Positions 39,575 through 49,314 are shown, counted from the first letter of the stretch. The stretch is 58,956 nucleotides of DNA from an uncultured Bacteroidales bacterium (GCA_964451605.1 CAYVJA010000002.1:39969-98924), one strand, 5' to 3'. The notes: generated from the sequence alone by a model not told the origin. Numbers and translations: made by a program.

Positions 39575-42500
39575 CCTCACCGGTTTCATCCAATACCCAT
39601 AGCTCTGGTTGGCATAGGGGATCTGATACCGTTTCAACGGCCACGAACCCCAGCTGTCGATGCCCTGAACTCCGGTTTGCTGCAAATCGATATGTATATA
39701 GATCTCTTCCCGGGGAGTCAACTCTCCGGAATGGTACTGTTTCTTGTCGGTCTCAGGATCGAGATCGTCTATTGCATAGGGAAGAGCAGAACAGTTTAGC
39801 AATTCGTTGTCATATTCAAACTGCAAACCCTCTCCTTTGGTGTTGGTGACCCGAAACCATCTGACATCCGATTTGTTCCCGCTCTCCTGGGGTCGGGCAT
39901 AGGGGAAATATTGATCCTGAATGTTCTGTGAGTAGAGTCCTACCGTCGATCCGCTTTTCCGGTCCCAATAGCTTTCACCGGGTCCCCGGCCATACCAGGT
40001 AATTTGGTTGAGCGCTTTATTCACTTGCAGGTCATTTCCTACCCGCATCAGGAGCCTGTGGTTGCCCTTTACCGCTTCGAACCGATTCTCCACCTTCACC
40101 GCGCCGTCGGAATAGAGAGTGAATTGCTGTGTTACGGTGGCATCGCCGTTTGCCAGTTGTTTGCTGAAGCGAACCACAATCTGCTTCGGATCCTGATCTT
40201 CGACAGTTGCCGACAGTAACACCCCTTCCGAATAGGCGTTGCGCCACATCCGCATATTCCGGTTGAATCCCGCCCCTATATCATTATCGGTAGGTGCCCG
40301 CCAGAAACCGGGTTGTGGCCCCTCCTGAATCAACTGCACCCCTTTCAGATGGTAAGCGGTGAGTAAGCCGCTTTTCAGGTTGAAGGTAATGGTGAAATCA
40401 CGCCCCGACACTTCCAGTTTATCGCCGGTCGTTTTGCTTTTCATAGGGCTTTTGGCAACGGCCGGCTGCGAGCGAACCGGCTTAGAGAGCGCAAATTGTT
40501 CGTAAGCCACTGCATACCCGGTTTCAAGAAACGGTTCGGCCTCTTTCAGACAGCAATGCAGATTCAGGAAATACTCCTTTTGCTCTTTTCGTTTGGTTTT
40601 GTAGGGAATCGCGAAGTTCTTTGTGGCCCCGGGTGCCATTGCGGCCAGATCTATACTCCCCTTTTCAACGGGAACTCCATCCTCCAGTATCTCCCACCTA
40701 AGTTGGATATTGTCGAGCGTTCGGAAGAAATAGCCATTGGTTACCGAGATCTCTCCGTTTTGGTTCTGCTGTAATTTGATGTGCTGATATACTTTTTTCA
40801 CCTCAACCGCCATGGGCGTAATACCCCGATAGGCCGTAACCACTCCCTTTACACAGAAATTGTTGTCGCTCAGATTTTCGTTGGTGGGCTCGTAGAGGGG
40901 AAAGTCCCCGCCGTAGGCCATAATGCGTTTCCCGTTTTTCAGGGTATCGATTGCCTGGTCAATCCATTCCCAGATAAAACCGCCCTGCAGGGCAGGATTG
41001 CTCTCAATAGCCTCCCAATATTCCTTGAAATTTCCCAGACTGTTTCCCATAATATGGGCATATTCGCTCATAATCATGGCTTTTTTCGGATCTCTCCGGC
41101 TGTAAGTAGGCAGCCATTCGGGCGAGGGATACTGAGGTACATAGAAATCGGTGTTGTAATCGTTTTCGGCCCGTTCGTATTGTACCGGACGGGTATCCTC
41201 CTTTTTCAGCCAATCGTAGGCTTCGTACATAACTGTACCGTTACCTGCCTCATTGCCTAACGACCAGGTTATCACAGAAGGATGATTTTTGTCTCTCTGG
41301 TACATGCGCTGAATTCGTTCAAGGTGGGGTACTCTCCACTTTTTGTTATTTGCCAGAGAAATGGCCAGGTCGTAGCCCAGGCCGTGCGACTCGATGTTGG
41401 CTTCGTCCACCACATAAAGTCCATACTCATCGCAGAGCTCCAGCCAGTAGGGGTCGGGAGGATAATGAGAGTGCCGCACCGCGTTAACATTGAGCTTCTT
41501 CATCATCTCCATATCTTTCCGCATATCTTCGCGGGTAATGGTATGCCCCTTGGTGGCGTTGTGTTCGTGCCGATTTACCCCCTTCAGAAATACCCGTTTC
41601 CCGTTAACCAACAGATTAGCGCCTTTAATCTCGACCGAGCGAAATCCCACCTTTACGGGAACCACCTGAAGCACTTTGCCCTCTTTGTCTTTTAGTGTCA
41701 GGAAAAGCATGTACAGGTTGGGCAGTTCGGCCGACCAGACATAGACAGCCGGGATTTCGGTTCGAAAAGCAACTTTTGTATGGTAGTTTCCCAGTACACT
41801 CAGGTTGCCCTCTGTTTTGCCTGTCCATACCTGTTTGCCCGAGGGATCACGCAATTCGGCTTCTGCCGAAAAAAGATCGGGTGCAGAGTGATTGGTCTTT
41901 GTGTCAATTTTGTAGTTGAGAACCTCCAGATCGGCCTGCAGCAAGCCCCTTGAATAGCTGTCGTCTAATGTGGCCGCCACCTTGAAATCGCCTATCGACA
42001 GTTTCGGAACAGAATAGAGGAAGACATCGCGTTCGATGCCCGAGATTCTCCACATATCCTGACACTCCAGATAACTGGCGTCGCTCCAGCGGTAAACCTG
42101 AAGTGCAACCAGATTCTCGCCCTCCACAATCCATGGGGTAATATCGAATTCTGCAGCCAGCTTACTATCCTCGCTATAGCCCACCTTGTGGCCGTTCACC
42201 CAGATAAAGAAAGCCGACTTCACCGCGCCCAGATGAATAAAAACCTGTCGGCCATTCCAACCTTCCGGAAGAGTAAATCTCTTCCGGTACGATCCTACCG
42301 GATTGTAATCGGCAGGAATATCGTAAGGCGGATTCAGCTGCGCATATCTTTTTGCATGTCCGGTAAACTCGTACGGCTGATTCACATAGATAGGCACACC
42401 ATATCCGTTCAGCTCCCAGTTGGCCGGTACCGCCAAAAGATTCCACCCGCTGTCATCGAAAGAGGGGAGATAGAAATCGGTTGGCCGTTTTTGCGGATTA

Positions 42501-42775
42501 GCCACCCAATGGAATTTCCAGGGCCCGTTTAGAGAGTGAAAATAGGCCGATTGCTCCCTCTTGCCCGCCTCCGCCAATGCGAGACTCTCATAGCCAAACG
42601 AATGCGCCTTCATCGGAGCCCGCCCCCAGGAAACCACCTCCGGATTCAACAACTCCTCCGGCAAAGCCAGTTCCCCCTGAACTGCCTGCGCCTGAGCGAG
42701 ATACTGCACCCCGCAAAGCATAAAAAATAATTCAAACACCAGAAAACAACCCAAGATCTTCTTCATATCATCCAC
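39572..42775 (-). CDS. beta-galactosidase (GH2), secreted
   Basis: 1067 aa with a signal peptide, GH2 sugar-binding, Ig-like and TIM-barrel domains (NAVRHSHYPPDPYWLELCDEYGLYVVDEANIESHG), and a C-terminal Bgal small-N domain. Confidence 0.92.
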   Translation of the reverse strand: MDDMKKILGCFLVFELFFMLCGVQYLAQAQAVQGELALPEELLNPEVVSWGRAPMKAHSFGYESLALAEAGKREQSAYFHSLNGPWKFHWVANPQKRPTDFYLPSFDDSGWNLLAVPANWELNGYGVPIYVNQPYEFTGHAKRYAQLNPPYDIPADYNPVGSYRKRFTLPEGWNGRQVFIHLGAVKSAFFIWVNGHKVGYSEDSKLAAEFDITPWIVEGENLVALQVYRWSDASYLECQDMWRISGIERDVFLYSVPKLSIGDFKVAATLDDSYSRGLLQADLEVLNYKIDTKTNHSAPDLFSAEAELRDPSGKQVWTGKTEGNLSVLGNYHTKVAFRTEIPAVYVWSAELPNLYMLFLTLKDKEGKVLQVVPVKVGFRSVEIKGANLLVNGKRVFLKGVNRHEHNATKGHTITREDMRKDMEMMKKLNVNAVRHSHYPPDPYWLELCDEYGLYVVDEANIESHGLGYDLAISLANNKKWRVPHLERIQRMYQRDKNHPSVITWSLGNEAGNGTVMYEAYDWLKKEDTRPVQYERAENDYNTDFYVPQYPSPEWLPTYSRRDPKKAMIMSEYAHIMGNSLGNFKEYWEAIESNPALQGGFIWEWIDQAIDTLKNGKRIMAYGGDFPLYEPTNENLSDNNFCVKGVVTAYRGITPMAVEVKKVYQHIKLQQNQNGEISVTNGYFFRTLDNIQLRWEILEDGVPVEKGSIDLAAMAPGATKNFAIPYKTKRKEQKEYFLNLHCCLKEAEPFLETGYAVAYEQFALSKPVRSQPAVAKSPMKSKTTGDKLEVSGRDFTITFNLKSGLLTAYHLKGVQLIQEGPQPGFWRAPTDNDIGAGFNRNMRMWRNAYSEGVLLSATVEDQDPKQIVVRFSKQLANGDATVTQQFTLYSDGAVKVENRFEAVKGNHRLLMRVGNDLQVNKALNQITWYGRGPGESYWDRKSGSTVGLYSQNIQDQYFPYARPQESGNKSDVRWFRVTNTKGEGLQFEYDNELLNCSALPYAIDDLDPETDKKQYHSGELTPREEIYIHIDLQQTGVQGIDSWGSWPLKRYQIPYANQSYGYWMKPVR

Positions 42776-42834
42776 GCAATTATCGGCGCATTCGCACCTT
42801 TCGGTTAATAAGAGAAAGATACGAAGATTCCCTC

Positions 42835-42959
42835 AATGGTTAACTCTCAATGGTGAATGGTTAATTAATGCTCTAATGCTTCAAAGTGCTAATGCACTAG
42901 AGCACTAGAGCACTAGAGCATTAGAGCACTAGAGCATTAGAGCATTGCGCGCAGCGCAT
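42835..42959. repeat. Intergenic repeat copy G (divergent promoter region GH2 / gltX)
   Basis: AATGGTTAACTCTCAATGGTGAATGGTTAATTA is followed by ATGCTCTA ATGCTTCAAAGTGCTAATGCAC. Six reverse octamers follow (TAGAGCAC/TAGAGCAT, 42898-42945), then TGCGCGCAGCGCATC. Confidence 0.9.
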
Positions 42960-42968
42960 CAAATTTTC

Positions 42969-42976
42969 TATCTTTG
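42969..42976 (+). promoter_or_regulatory. -7 box TAtcTTTG upstream of gltX, 9 nt after repeat copy G
   Basis: Exact TAnnTTTG match, 23 nt before the ATG at 42999. Confidence 0.4.
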
Positions 42977-42998
42977 CCCCCACAATAATCGTTTCACT

Positions 42999-44531
42999 AT
43001 GAGTAACCGTCGAGTTCGTGTCCGTTTTGCCCCGAGTCCTACAGGGCCTTTGCATATTGGAGGGGTTCGCACTGCCCTTTTTAATTACTTTTTCGCCAAG
43101 CAGCAGGGTGGCGATTTTCTCCTGCGTATAGAAGATACTGATTCGCAGCGATTTGTTCCCGGTGCAGAGGACTACATTATGGAGTCTTTGCGTTGGTGCG
43201 GCATTCGGGTCGATGAGGGAGTCGCCGAGGGTGGACCTCACGCTCCGTACCGTCAGAGCGAACGAAGAGCCATTTATCGGCAATATGCCGACCAGCTGGT
43301 GGCTTCGGGTCATGCCTACTATGCCTTTGATACTCCGGAGAAGCTGGATGCTCTTCGGAAAGAGGCCGAGGCATCGGGAGGGGCTTTTACCTACAACTGG
43401 CAGGTTCGTGACCGGATGGAAACCTCGCTTTCCCTTTCGCCTGAGGAGGTGCAGAACCGCATTGCGCAGGGCGATCCCTGGGTAATCCGTTTTAAAATGG
43501 CCGAGAACGAAGAGGTGGTGATGCACGATCTGATTCGGGGCGAAGTGGTGGTGAATAGCGGGACGCTCGATGACAAAGTTCTTTATAAAAGTGCCGATCT
43601 ATTGCCCACTTACCATCTTGCCAACGTTACCGACGATTACCTGATGGAGATTTCGCATGTAATCCGCGGAGAAGAGTGGCTGCCCTCGTTACCCCTTCAT
43701 GTTTTACTCTATCGTGCGTTTGGCTGGGAGGATAAAATGCCTCAGTTTGCCCATCTGCCTCTGCTGTTGAAGCCCGCCGGAAACGGAAAACTGAGTAAAC
43801 GCGACGGCGATAAGATGGGCTTCCCTGTCTTCCCTTTGCAGTGGCGTTCGGCCGAAGGGGAGGTTTCTATGGGCTATCGCGAGGAGGGTTATTTCCCCGA
43901 GGCATTTGTGAATCTTCTGGCTTTGTTGGGTTGGAATCCGGGTACTGAGCAGGAGATTTTCAGTATGGAGGAGTTGATTTCCCTCTTCTCGCTGGAGCGT
44001 GTCAATAAGTCGGGGGCCCGGTTCGATCCTGTAAAAGCCAAATGGTTCAACCATCAATACCTTCAGCAAAAGAGTAATGCCGAGGTGGCTCAATGCTATT
44101 TGAAGTTACTCCGCGAGAAAGGAATTTCCGATTCGCCCCTTCGGGTAGAACAGATTGTAGCGCTTATGAAGGAGAGGGTCAACTTTGTGCAGGAAATCTG
44201 GGAAAAGTCCTCCTTCTTTTACGAGGAGCCGGCTGTATACGATAGTGCCTCGGTCCAGAAGTTCTGGAAAGAGGAGACCCCTGCCATCATGCAGGAGGTG
44301 CTTCTCCTTCTGGCAAAACTCGATGCTTTTACCTGTCAGTCCATAGAAGAGGCGCTGGTTGCCTTTATTCAGGAGCGAGGGTATGGAATGGGTAAGGTGA
44401 TGAATGCCATTCGGCTCTCCCTTATCGGGGTTGCCAATGGTCCCGGCGTGGCAGAAATTGCCGAGATCTTAGGGAAGGAGTCTGCGTTGGCCCGTATCCG
44501 AAAGGCTGTTGCTGAGATTGCTGCCCGGTAG
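42999..44531 (+). CDS. gltX: glutamate--tRNA ligase
   Basis: Starts [22 protein letters not shown] (HIGH motif), with KLSKR (KMSKS-type); 510 aa. The start at 42999 is preferred over the track start inside the repeat. Confidence 0.95.
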   Translation: MSNRRVRVRFAPSPTGPLHIGGVRTALFNYFFAKQQGGDFLLRIEDTDSQRFVPGAEDYIMESLRWCGIRVDEGVAEGGPHAPYRQSERRAIYRQYADQLVASGHAYYAFDTPEKLDALRKEAEASGGAFTYNWQVRDRMETSLSLSPEEVQNRIAQGDPWVIRFKMAENEEVVMHDLIRGEVVVNSGTLDDKVLYKSADLLPTYHLANVTDDYLMEISHVIRGEEWLPSLPLHVLLYRAFGWEDKMPQFAHLPLLLKPAGNGKLSKRDGDKMGFPVFPLQWRSAEGEVSMGYREEGYFPEAFVNLLALLGWNPGTEQEIFSMEELISLFSLERVNKSGARFDPVKAKWFNHQYLQQKSNAEVAQCYLKLLREKGISDSPLRVEQIVALMKERVNFVQEIWEKSSFFYEEPAVYDSASVQKFWKEETPAIMQEVLLLLAKLDAFTCQSIEEALVAFIQERGYGMGKVMNAIRLSLIGVANGPGVAEIAEILGKESALARIRKAVAEIAAR

Positions 44532-44596
44532 CAGGAGAATCTTGCAGGATTTTTTATTTTCTACAGGCTTCGTTATAGCGATTGTCGGATTTTTTA

Positions 44597-44604
44597 TACT
44601 TTTG
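44597..44604 (+). promoter_or_regulatory. -7 box TActTTTG upstream of tRNA-Glu(CUC)
   Basis: Exact TAnnTTTG match, 30 nt before the tRNA 5' end. The -33 element is weak. Confidence 0.45.
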
Positions 44605-44633
44605 TAACCGAAATCCGGTTAGCGGTTCGTTGC

Positions 44634-44705
44634 GGCGCATTCTTCTAACGGTTAGGAAGTCAGATTCTCATTCTGAAAATAGCAGTTCGATTCTGCTATG
44701 CGCTA
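44634..44705 (+). tRNA. tRNA-Glu (anticodon CUC)
   Basis: Hand fold: GGCGCAT TC TTCT aacggtta GGAA G TCAGA ttCTCat TCTGA aaat AGCAG ttcgatt CTGCT ATGCGCT A. It has U11-A24, U13-G22 and a 4-nt variable loop. No CCA is encoded, and 1:72 is a G-U wobble. Confidence 0.8.
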
Positions 44706-44708
44706 CTA

Positions 44709-44737
44709 ACGCCTCCTTATTGGAGGCGTTTTTTTTC
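44709..44737 (+). terminator. Rho-independent terminator after tRNA-Glu(CUC)
   Basis: ACGCCTCC-ttatt-GGAGGCGT followed by T8. Confidence 0.8.
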
Positions 44738-44812
44738 TTTTTACTCGGTTTGCGATACTCCGAAGGGCCTGATGGTAAGTAAACCTGCAGTTTTATTAAC
44801 TTTGCAGCGCTA

Positions 44813-47272
44813 ATGAGATCAATGATGCCAAGGTTTCTGCTATTCATACTTCTTTTTTTCTCTCTCATACAGCCCGGATATGGTCAGAAACTGCAGCTTT
44901 ACGGTAAAGTAACTGAAAAAGCTGAAAAGGGGCCACTTCCCTATGCTACTGTTCGTCTTCGCGATACGCTTGTGGGTACAGTTACCACGGTCGATGGAAA
45001 TTATCGGCTGAATGCCGACATCTCCGAAGCTGTACTGGAAGTCTCGATGGTGGGGTTCGAAAAGCAGAGTATTGAGGTTAAAGGCACCGGCCAACCGCAA
45101 AAGCTGGATTTTGTCTTAACGGAAGAGCTTTTTTCGCTCGACGAGGTGGTGGTCCGGCCCGGCGAACGCGCCAATATGATTATGCGCAATCTGGTGGCCA
45201 ATAAGGCGGTCAATAACCATGCCCTCTTTCCCGACTGGGTTAGCCGGATCTATAGTAAGATTGAGATTGACCTGAAAAACGTGAAGCGACCCGAACGAGA
45301 GAAGGGAATCTGGAAACAGATAGACTTTGTGTTCGACTATATCGATACGCTCGATACCGATGGAAAGACCTTTTTGCCGGTATTCATAACCGAAACGGTT
45401 TCCGATCTCTATCATCTCCAAGATGGGAAGGTTCACGAAAAGATTGTGGCCAGTAAGGCTTCGGGCATGCAGACAGGTATGGTAACAGAGTTTACCGGTC
45501 AACTCTATACCAATCCCGATCCGTATAGTAATTACTTCGAGTTGTCGGACGTGACACTCATTTCCCCACTACACGACGCGGGTACAACCTTCTATCGTTA
45601 TTCGCTCAGAGACAGCTCAATGGTCGATGGGCTTAAGGTGTTCGAAATTGCTTTCTATCCCAGGCAGAAGATGGATCCCACTTTTAAGGGCAAGGTTTGG
45701 GTGGCTGATTCTACGTATGCAGTAACCCGCATTGAAATGCGTCTTTCTGAGTTGGCAAATGTCAACTTTTTGCGCGATCTGGTGTTCGAGCGAAACTATA
45801 CCCATCAGAATGACCTCTGGATTCCTGCCGATGAAGCGCTTTGGATCGATTTTAATCTCCAGAAGAAGAAAGAGGGGAAGCTGATAGGTCTGATTGGTCG
45901 AAAAAGTACCGTATACAAGGATTTTACCTTTGCGCCAACGCCCAAGGCCATTACAAAACAGCAGAAGAATATCTCGCTTTCCGCCACAGCCCATCAATAC
46001 GACGATTCGGCCTGGGATTCTATTCGTCCCATAGGGCTTCAGGAACGTGAGGCAGCTATCTATGGCATGGTCGACTCGCTGAAGAATATTCCGGTTGTAA
46101 AAACGGTTTTCGATTACATTGAGATGTTTTTCTTTGGGTATAAGGAGTTTAATAAGTTTGAAATAGGGCCGTATTACTATATGTTGAGCTCTAATCAAAT
46201 TGAGGGAACCCGTTTTCGGCTGGGTGGGCGTACAACCCCTTCATTTCATGAGAAGCTCCGTTTTAATGGATACATGGCTTATGGAATCAAGGATGAAGAT
46301 GTAAAATACAGCGGGGGGGTTGAGTATTTTTTCCGCAAGGATCGGCGGTTTTCTGTCGAGGCACAGTATGAACACGATTATCAGTTGTTGGGCCGAAGTG
46401 CCAATGCGTTGATGGAAGACAATATCCTGACCTCTGTTTTGAGTAAGGAGCCGATGTCGAAACTCAATATGATAGACCGATTTACGCTTCGTTCTGATAA
46501 GGAGTGGGGTGGGCCGCTTTCAAATTATTTAGTCTTCAAATACGAAGATATCCACAGTAGTCTATATGTTCCTTTCTTCGACAAACAGTACCAGAGAGTC
46601 CCTTCCATTTCGAATGCCGAATTGTCTTTCAATACACGTTTGGCTTTCGGTGAGCAGTGGGTTTTGGGCAATTATGAGAAGACCCGCTTCGGAAGCCGAT
46701 ATCCCATTATTCAGCTGGAAACAGCTTTTGGCCTTAAGGGAATTGCCGAGAGTAACTACTCTTATTTTACACTCAATTTGAATCTGACAGACCGACTCCA
46801 TTTTAATCCTTTAGGCTACACCTCCTATCGGATTCAGGCAGGCAGAATCTGGGGTGATATCCCATTTCCTCTGTTAAGAATTCATGAGGGTAATGAGACC
46901 TATGCATACGATAGTCAGGCGTTTAATCTGATGAACTACCAGGAACGGGTAAGTGACAAGTATCTGTTGCTGGTGGCCGAGCAGCATTTTCAGGGGTTTT
47001 TCTTTAACAGGATTCCCCTGTTACGTCGATTGAAATGGCGGGAGGTCATCGGGGGGCGTTGTCTCTTTTCTGATCTGGGTGATTCAGGGCACGATGAGTT
47101 GCTCTTTACTCCGGGGATGCAATCTTCGTCGGGGAGGCCCTATGCCGAGTTGAATGCGGGAATTGAAAACATCTTCAAACTGGTCAGGGTCGATGCAGTA
47201 TGGCGCCTTACCGACAATGAAGTTCCGCACGATCCTTTCTCGCTCTTCCTCTCTTTACAATTCTCTCTCTAG
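44813..47272 (+). CDS. DUF5686 / carboxypeptidase-regulatory-like domain outer-membrane protein
   Basis: Signal peptide, CarboxypepD_reg-like N-terminus (GKVTEKAEKGPLPYATVRLRDTLVGTVTTVDGNYRL), and a long beta-rich C-terminus. A TAacTTTG box at 44797-44804 implies a very short leader, so the start could be 44822/44825. Confidence 0.8.
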   Translation: MRSMMPRFLLFILLFFSLIQPGYGQKLQLYGKVTEKAEKGPLPYATVRLRDTLVGTVTTVDGNYRLNADISEAVLEVSMVGFEKQSIEVKGTGQPQKLDFVLTEELFSLDEVVVRPGERANMIMRNLVANKAVNNHALFPDWVSRIYSKIEIDLKNVKRPEREKGIWKQIDFVFDYIDTLDTDGKTFLPVFITETVSDLYHLQDGKVHEKIVASKASGMQTGMVTEFTGQLYTNPDPYSNYFELSDVTLISPLHDAGTTFYRYSLRDSSMVDGLKVFEIAFYPRQKMDPTFKGKVWVADSTYAVTRIEMRLSELANVNFLRDLVFERNYTHQNDLWIPADEALWIDFNLQKKKEGKLIGLIGRKSTVYKDFTFAPTPKAITKQQKNISLSATAHQYDDSAWDSIRPIGLQEREAAIYGMVDSLKNIPVVKTVFDYIEMFFFGYKEFNKFEIGPYYYMLSSNQIEGTRFRLGGRTTPSFHEKLRFNGYMAYGIKDEDVKYSGGVEYFFRKDRRFSVEAQYEHDYQLLGRSANALMEDNILTSVLSKEPMSKLNMIDRFTLRSDKEWGGPLSNYLVFKYEDIHSSLYVPFFDKQYQRVPSISNAELSFNTRLAFGEQWVLGNYEKTRFGSRYPIIQLETAFGLKGIAESNYSYFTLNLNLTDRLHFNPLGYTSYRIQAGRIWGDIPFPLLRIHEGNETYAYDSQAFNLMNYQERVSDKYLLLVAEQHFQGFFFNRIPLLRRLKWREVIGGRCLFSDLGDSGHDELLFTPGMQSSSGRPYAELNAGIENIFKLVRVDAVWRLTDNEVPHDPFSLFLSLQFSL

Positions 47273-47433
47273 TTTCCCGGAGTCTCGTTTTGCCAGGCAC
47301 ACTATGGGCAGATATTGCGCCAATAGTGGCTAGCGCTCAACAATTAAAGCAAAATTATGAGGCTGTTACGGGGCAATTGTGTAAATTTGCGCTCCCTCAG
47401 TAAGCGTAAACGATCAACTATAATATAAAGTAT

Positions 47434-49272
47434 ATGTCGGAAAAAAAACTCTTTACCGAATTTCCCCCTGTCCCGACCGAACAATGGGAAGAAACCATTA
47501 AGGCCGATCTTAAGGGCGCGGATTATGAGAAGAAGCTGGTTTGGAGAACCGGCGAAGGTTTCAACGTGAAACCCTATTACCGGGCTGAAGATTTGCAAAA
47601 TCTCTCCTACCTGAATGTTTTACCCGGCGAGTTTCCTTTTGTTCGCGGCAATAAGAAAGGGCAAAATCTCTGGGAAATTCGTCAGGAGGTGAAGGTCTCT
47701 TCAGCAAAGGAGGCCAATGCCACGGCACTTGATGCACTGGCCAAAGGTGTGGATGCTGTTGGGTTTACTATTTCGCCCAAATCGAAGGCAACGGAGATGG
47801 ACCTGGATCAACTTCTGAAGGGTATCGATCTCTCGAAGCAACCTCTCTATTTTGAAGCAGGGGTTAACTCGGCCGCTATTCTGGAATATCTGGCTGCCAA
47901 CGGTGCCGTTAAAGGGGGTGTCTTTTTTGATCCCTGTGGCCGTCTGGCTTGCAGCGGAACCTACTTCGGGCAGAAGAGCTTTCCCCGGCAGATGCTTGTC
48001 GAACTGATTTCCGCATCGGAATCGATGGCAGAATGCAGGGTGATCGGAGTGGACGGATCGCTCTTTCAGAATGCCGGAGCCACCCTGGTTCAGGAGTTGG
48101 CATTTTCGCTGGCTGCCGGTAACGAATACCTTACGCAGCTTACTGAAGCCGGGTTCGATGCTGCCAAAGTGGCTCAGAAGATGGCCTTCCGGTTTGCGAT
48201 CGGCCCGAATTACTTCATGGAGATGGCCAAGTTCAGAGCAGCCCGTTTGTTGTGGGCCCGGATTGTAGATGCCTGGAAACCCGGTTCCGGAAGTTCGGCG
48301 GCTATGTATATTCATGGGGTAACGGCCAGCTGGAATATGACGCAGTACGATGCGCACGTGAATATGTTGCGTACCACCACCGAGGCCATGTCGGCAGCGT
48401 TGGCAGGAGTCGATGCAATCTCAGTTCTGCCTTTCGATGCAGCTTTTAAAGTATCGGATCGTTTTTCGGAAAGGATTGCCCGGAATCAACAAATTGTGTT
48501 GAAGGAGGAGGCCTGGCTGGATAAGGTAGCCGATCCTGCCGCCGGTTCGTACTATATTGAAAACCTCACGCATTCGATGGTTGAGGCAGCATGGCCGCTT
48601 TTCTGCAAGATTGATGAGATGGGAGGATTTCTGGCTGCTCTTACTTCCGGGTTTATTCAGCAACAGGTCGGGGAGTCGGCTGCCGGTAAGCGGGATGCGC
48701 TGGCCAAACGTAAAGCGATTCTTCTGGGAACCAACCAATATGCAAATACCGGCGAAACCCTGCTTTCGAGATTGGAGATGCCTGCCATCGGAGTTTGCTG
48801 CACCTTTAGCGAAGAAGCGCTGGTTAAGCCGATTCAGCCCTTCCGTCTGGCCGAATCGTTCGAGGCACTCCGCCTGAAAACAGAACGTTCGGGGAAAAAG
48901 CCGAAAGTTTTCTTACTGACCATAGGAAATCTGGCAATGCGAAAAGCACGTGCCGGATTCTCGCTCAATTTCTTTGCTGTTGCCGGTTTCGAAATCATAG
49001 ATAATAATGGTTTCGAAACAATCAATGAGGGTGTTGAAGCGGCTGTTAAGGCGGGTGCCGATATCGTGGTGCTCTGTAGCAGCGACGACGAATATGCCAC
49101 CTATGCCCCTCAGGCCGTTGAGGCTCTTCGGGGGAAAGCGCTCTTTGTGCTTGCCGGATATCCGAAGGAGCAGGTAGAAACGCTGAAGGCTGCCGGCGTA
49201 GAGAACTTTATTTTTGCCGGACAGAATGTCCTGAGCGCTCTCGAATCATTCCAATCGAAGCTTGGGCTTTAA
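47434..49272 (+). CDS. mutA: methylmalonyl-CoA mutase small (beta) subunit
   Basis: 612 aa with a mutase barrel-like domain lacking the catalytic B12 DxHxxG motif. It sits directly upstream of the large subunit. Confidence 0.88.
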   Translation: MSEKKLFTEFPPVPTEQWEETIKADLKGADYEKKLVWRTGEGFNVKPYYRAEDLQNLSYLNVLPGEFPFVRGNKKGQNLWEIRQEVKVSSAKEANATALDALAKGVDAVGFTISPKSKATEMDLDQLLKGIDLSKQPLYFEAGVNSAAILEYLAANGAVKGGVFFDPCGRLACSGTYFGQKSFPRQMLVELISASESMAECRVIGVDGSLFQNAGATLVQELAFSLAAGNEYLTQLTEAGFDAAKVAQKMAFRFAIGPNYFMEMAKFRAARLLWARIVDAWKPGSGSSAAMYIHGVTASWNMTQYDAHVNMLRTTTEAMSAALAGVDAISVLPFDAAFKVSDRFSERIARNQQIVLKEEAWLDKVADPAAGSYYIENLTHSMVEAAWPLFCKIDEMGGFLAALTSGFIQQQVGESAAGKRDALAKRKAILLGTNQYANTGETLLSRLEMPAIGVCCTFSEEALVKPIQPFRLAESFEALRLKTERSGKKPKVFLLTIGNLAMRKARAGFSLNFFAVAGFEIIDNNGFETINEGVEAAVKAGADIVVLCSSDDEYATYAPQAVEALRGKALFVLAGYPKEQVETLKAAGVENFIFAGQNVLSALESFQSKLGL

Positions 49273-49314
49273 TTTCCGGCAGGCTTTAGAATATACCCTT
49301 TAAATTATATCCGA

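Noticed and set aside
3562-42775. The CAZyme genes as a classical polysaccharide utilisation locus
   Set aside because: There is no SusC/SusD pair, and the genes are dispersed singly among housekeeping genes.
29646-44531. T-box or other leader upstream of valS or gltX
   Set aside because: The upstream regions (32292-32498 and 42960-42998) are short, with no specifier or T-box sequence. T-boxes are not expected in Bacteroidota.
44582-44868. ORFs 44582-44782 (+) and 44668-44868 (-)
   Set aside because: They cover tRNA-Glu(CUC) and its terminator, and have no protein features.
47273-47433. Possible cobalamin riboswitch upstream of the B12-dependent methylmalonyl-CoA mutase genes
   Set aside because: I could not see a B12-box-like core or the expected multi-stem junction. 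Riboswitch control of mutase genes is also not the usual pattern. It is not supported without an Infernal scan.
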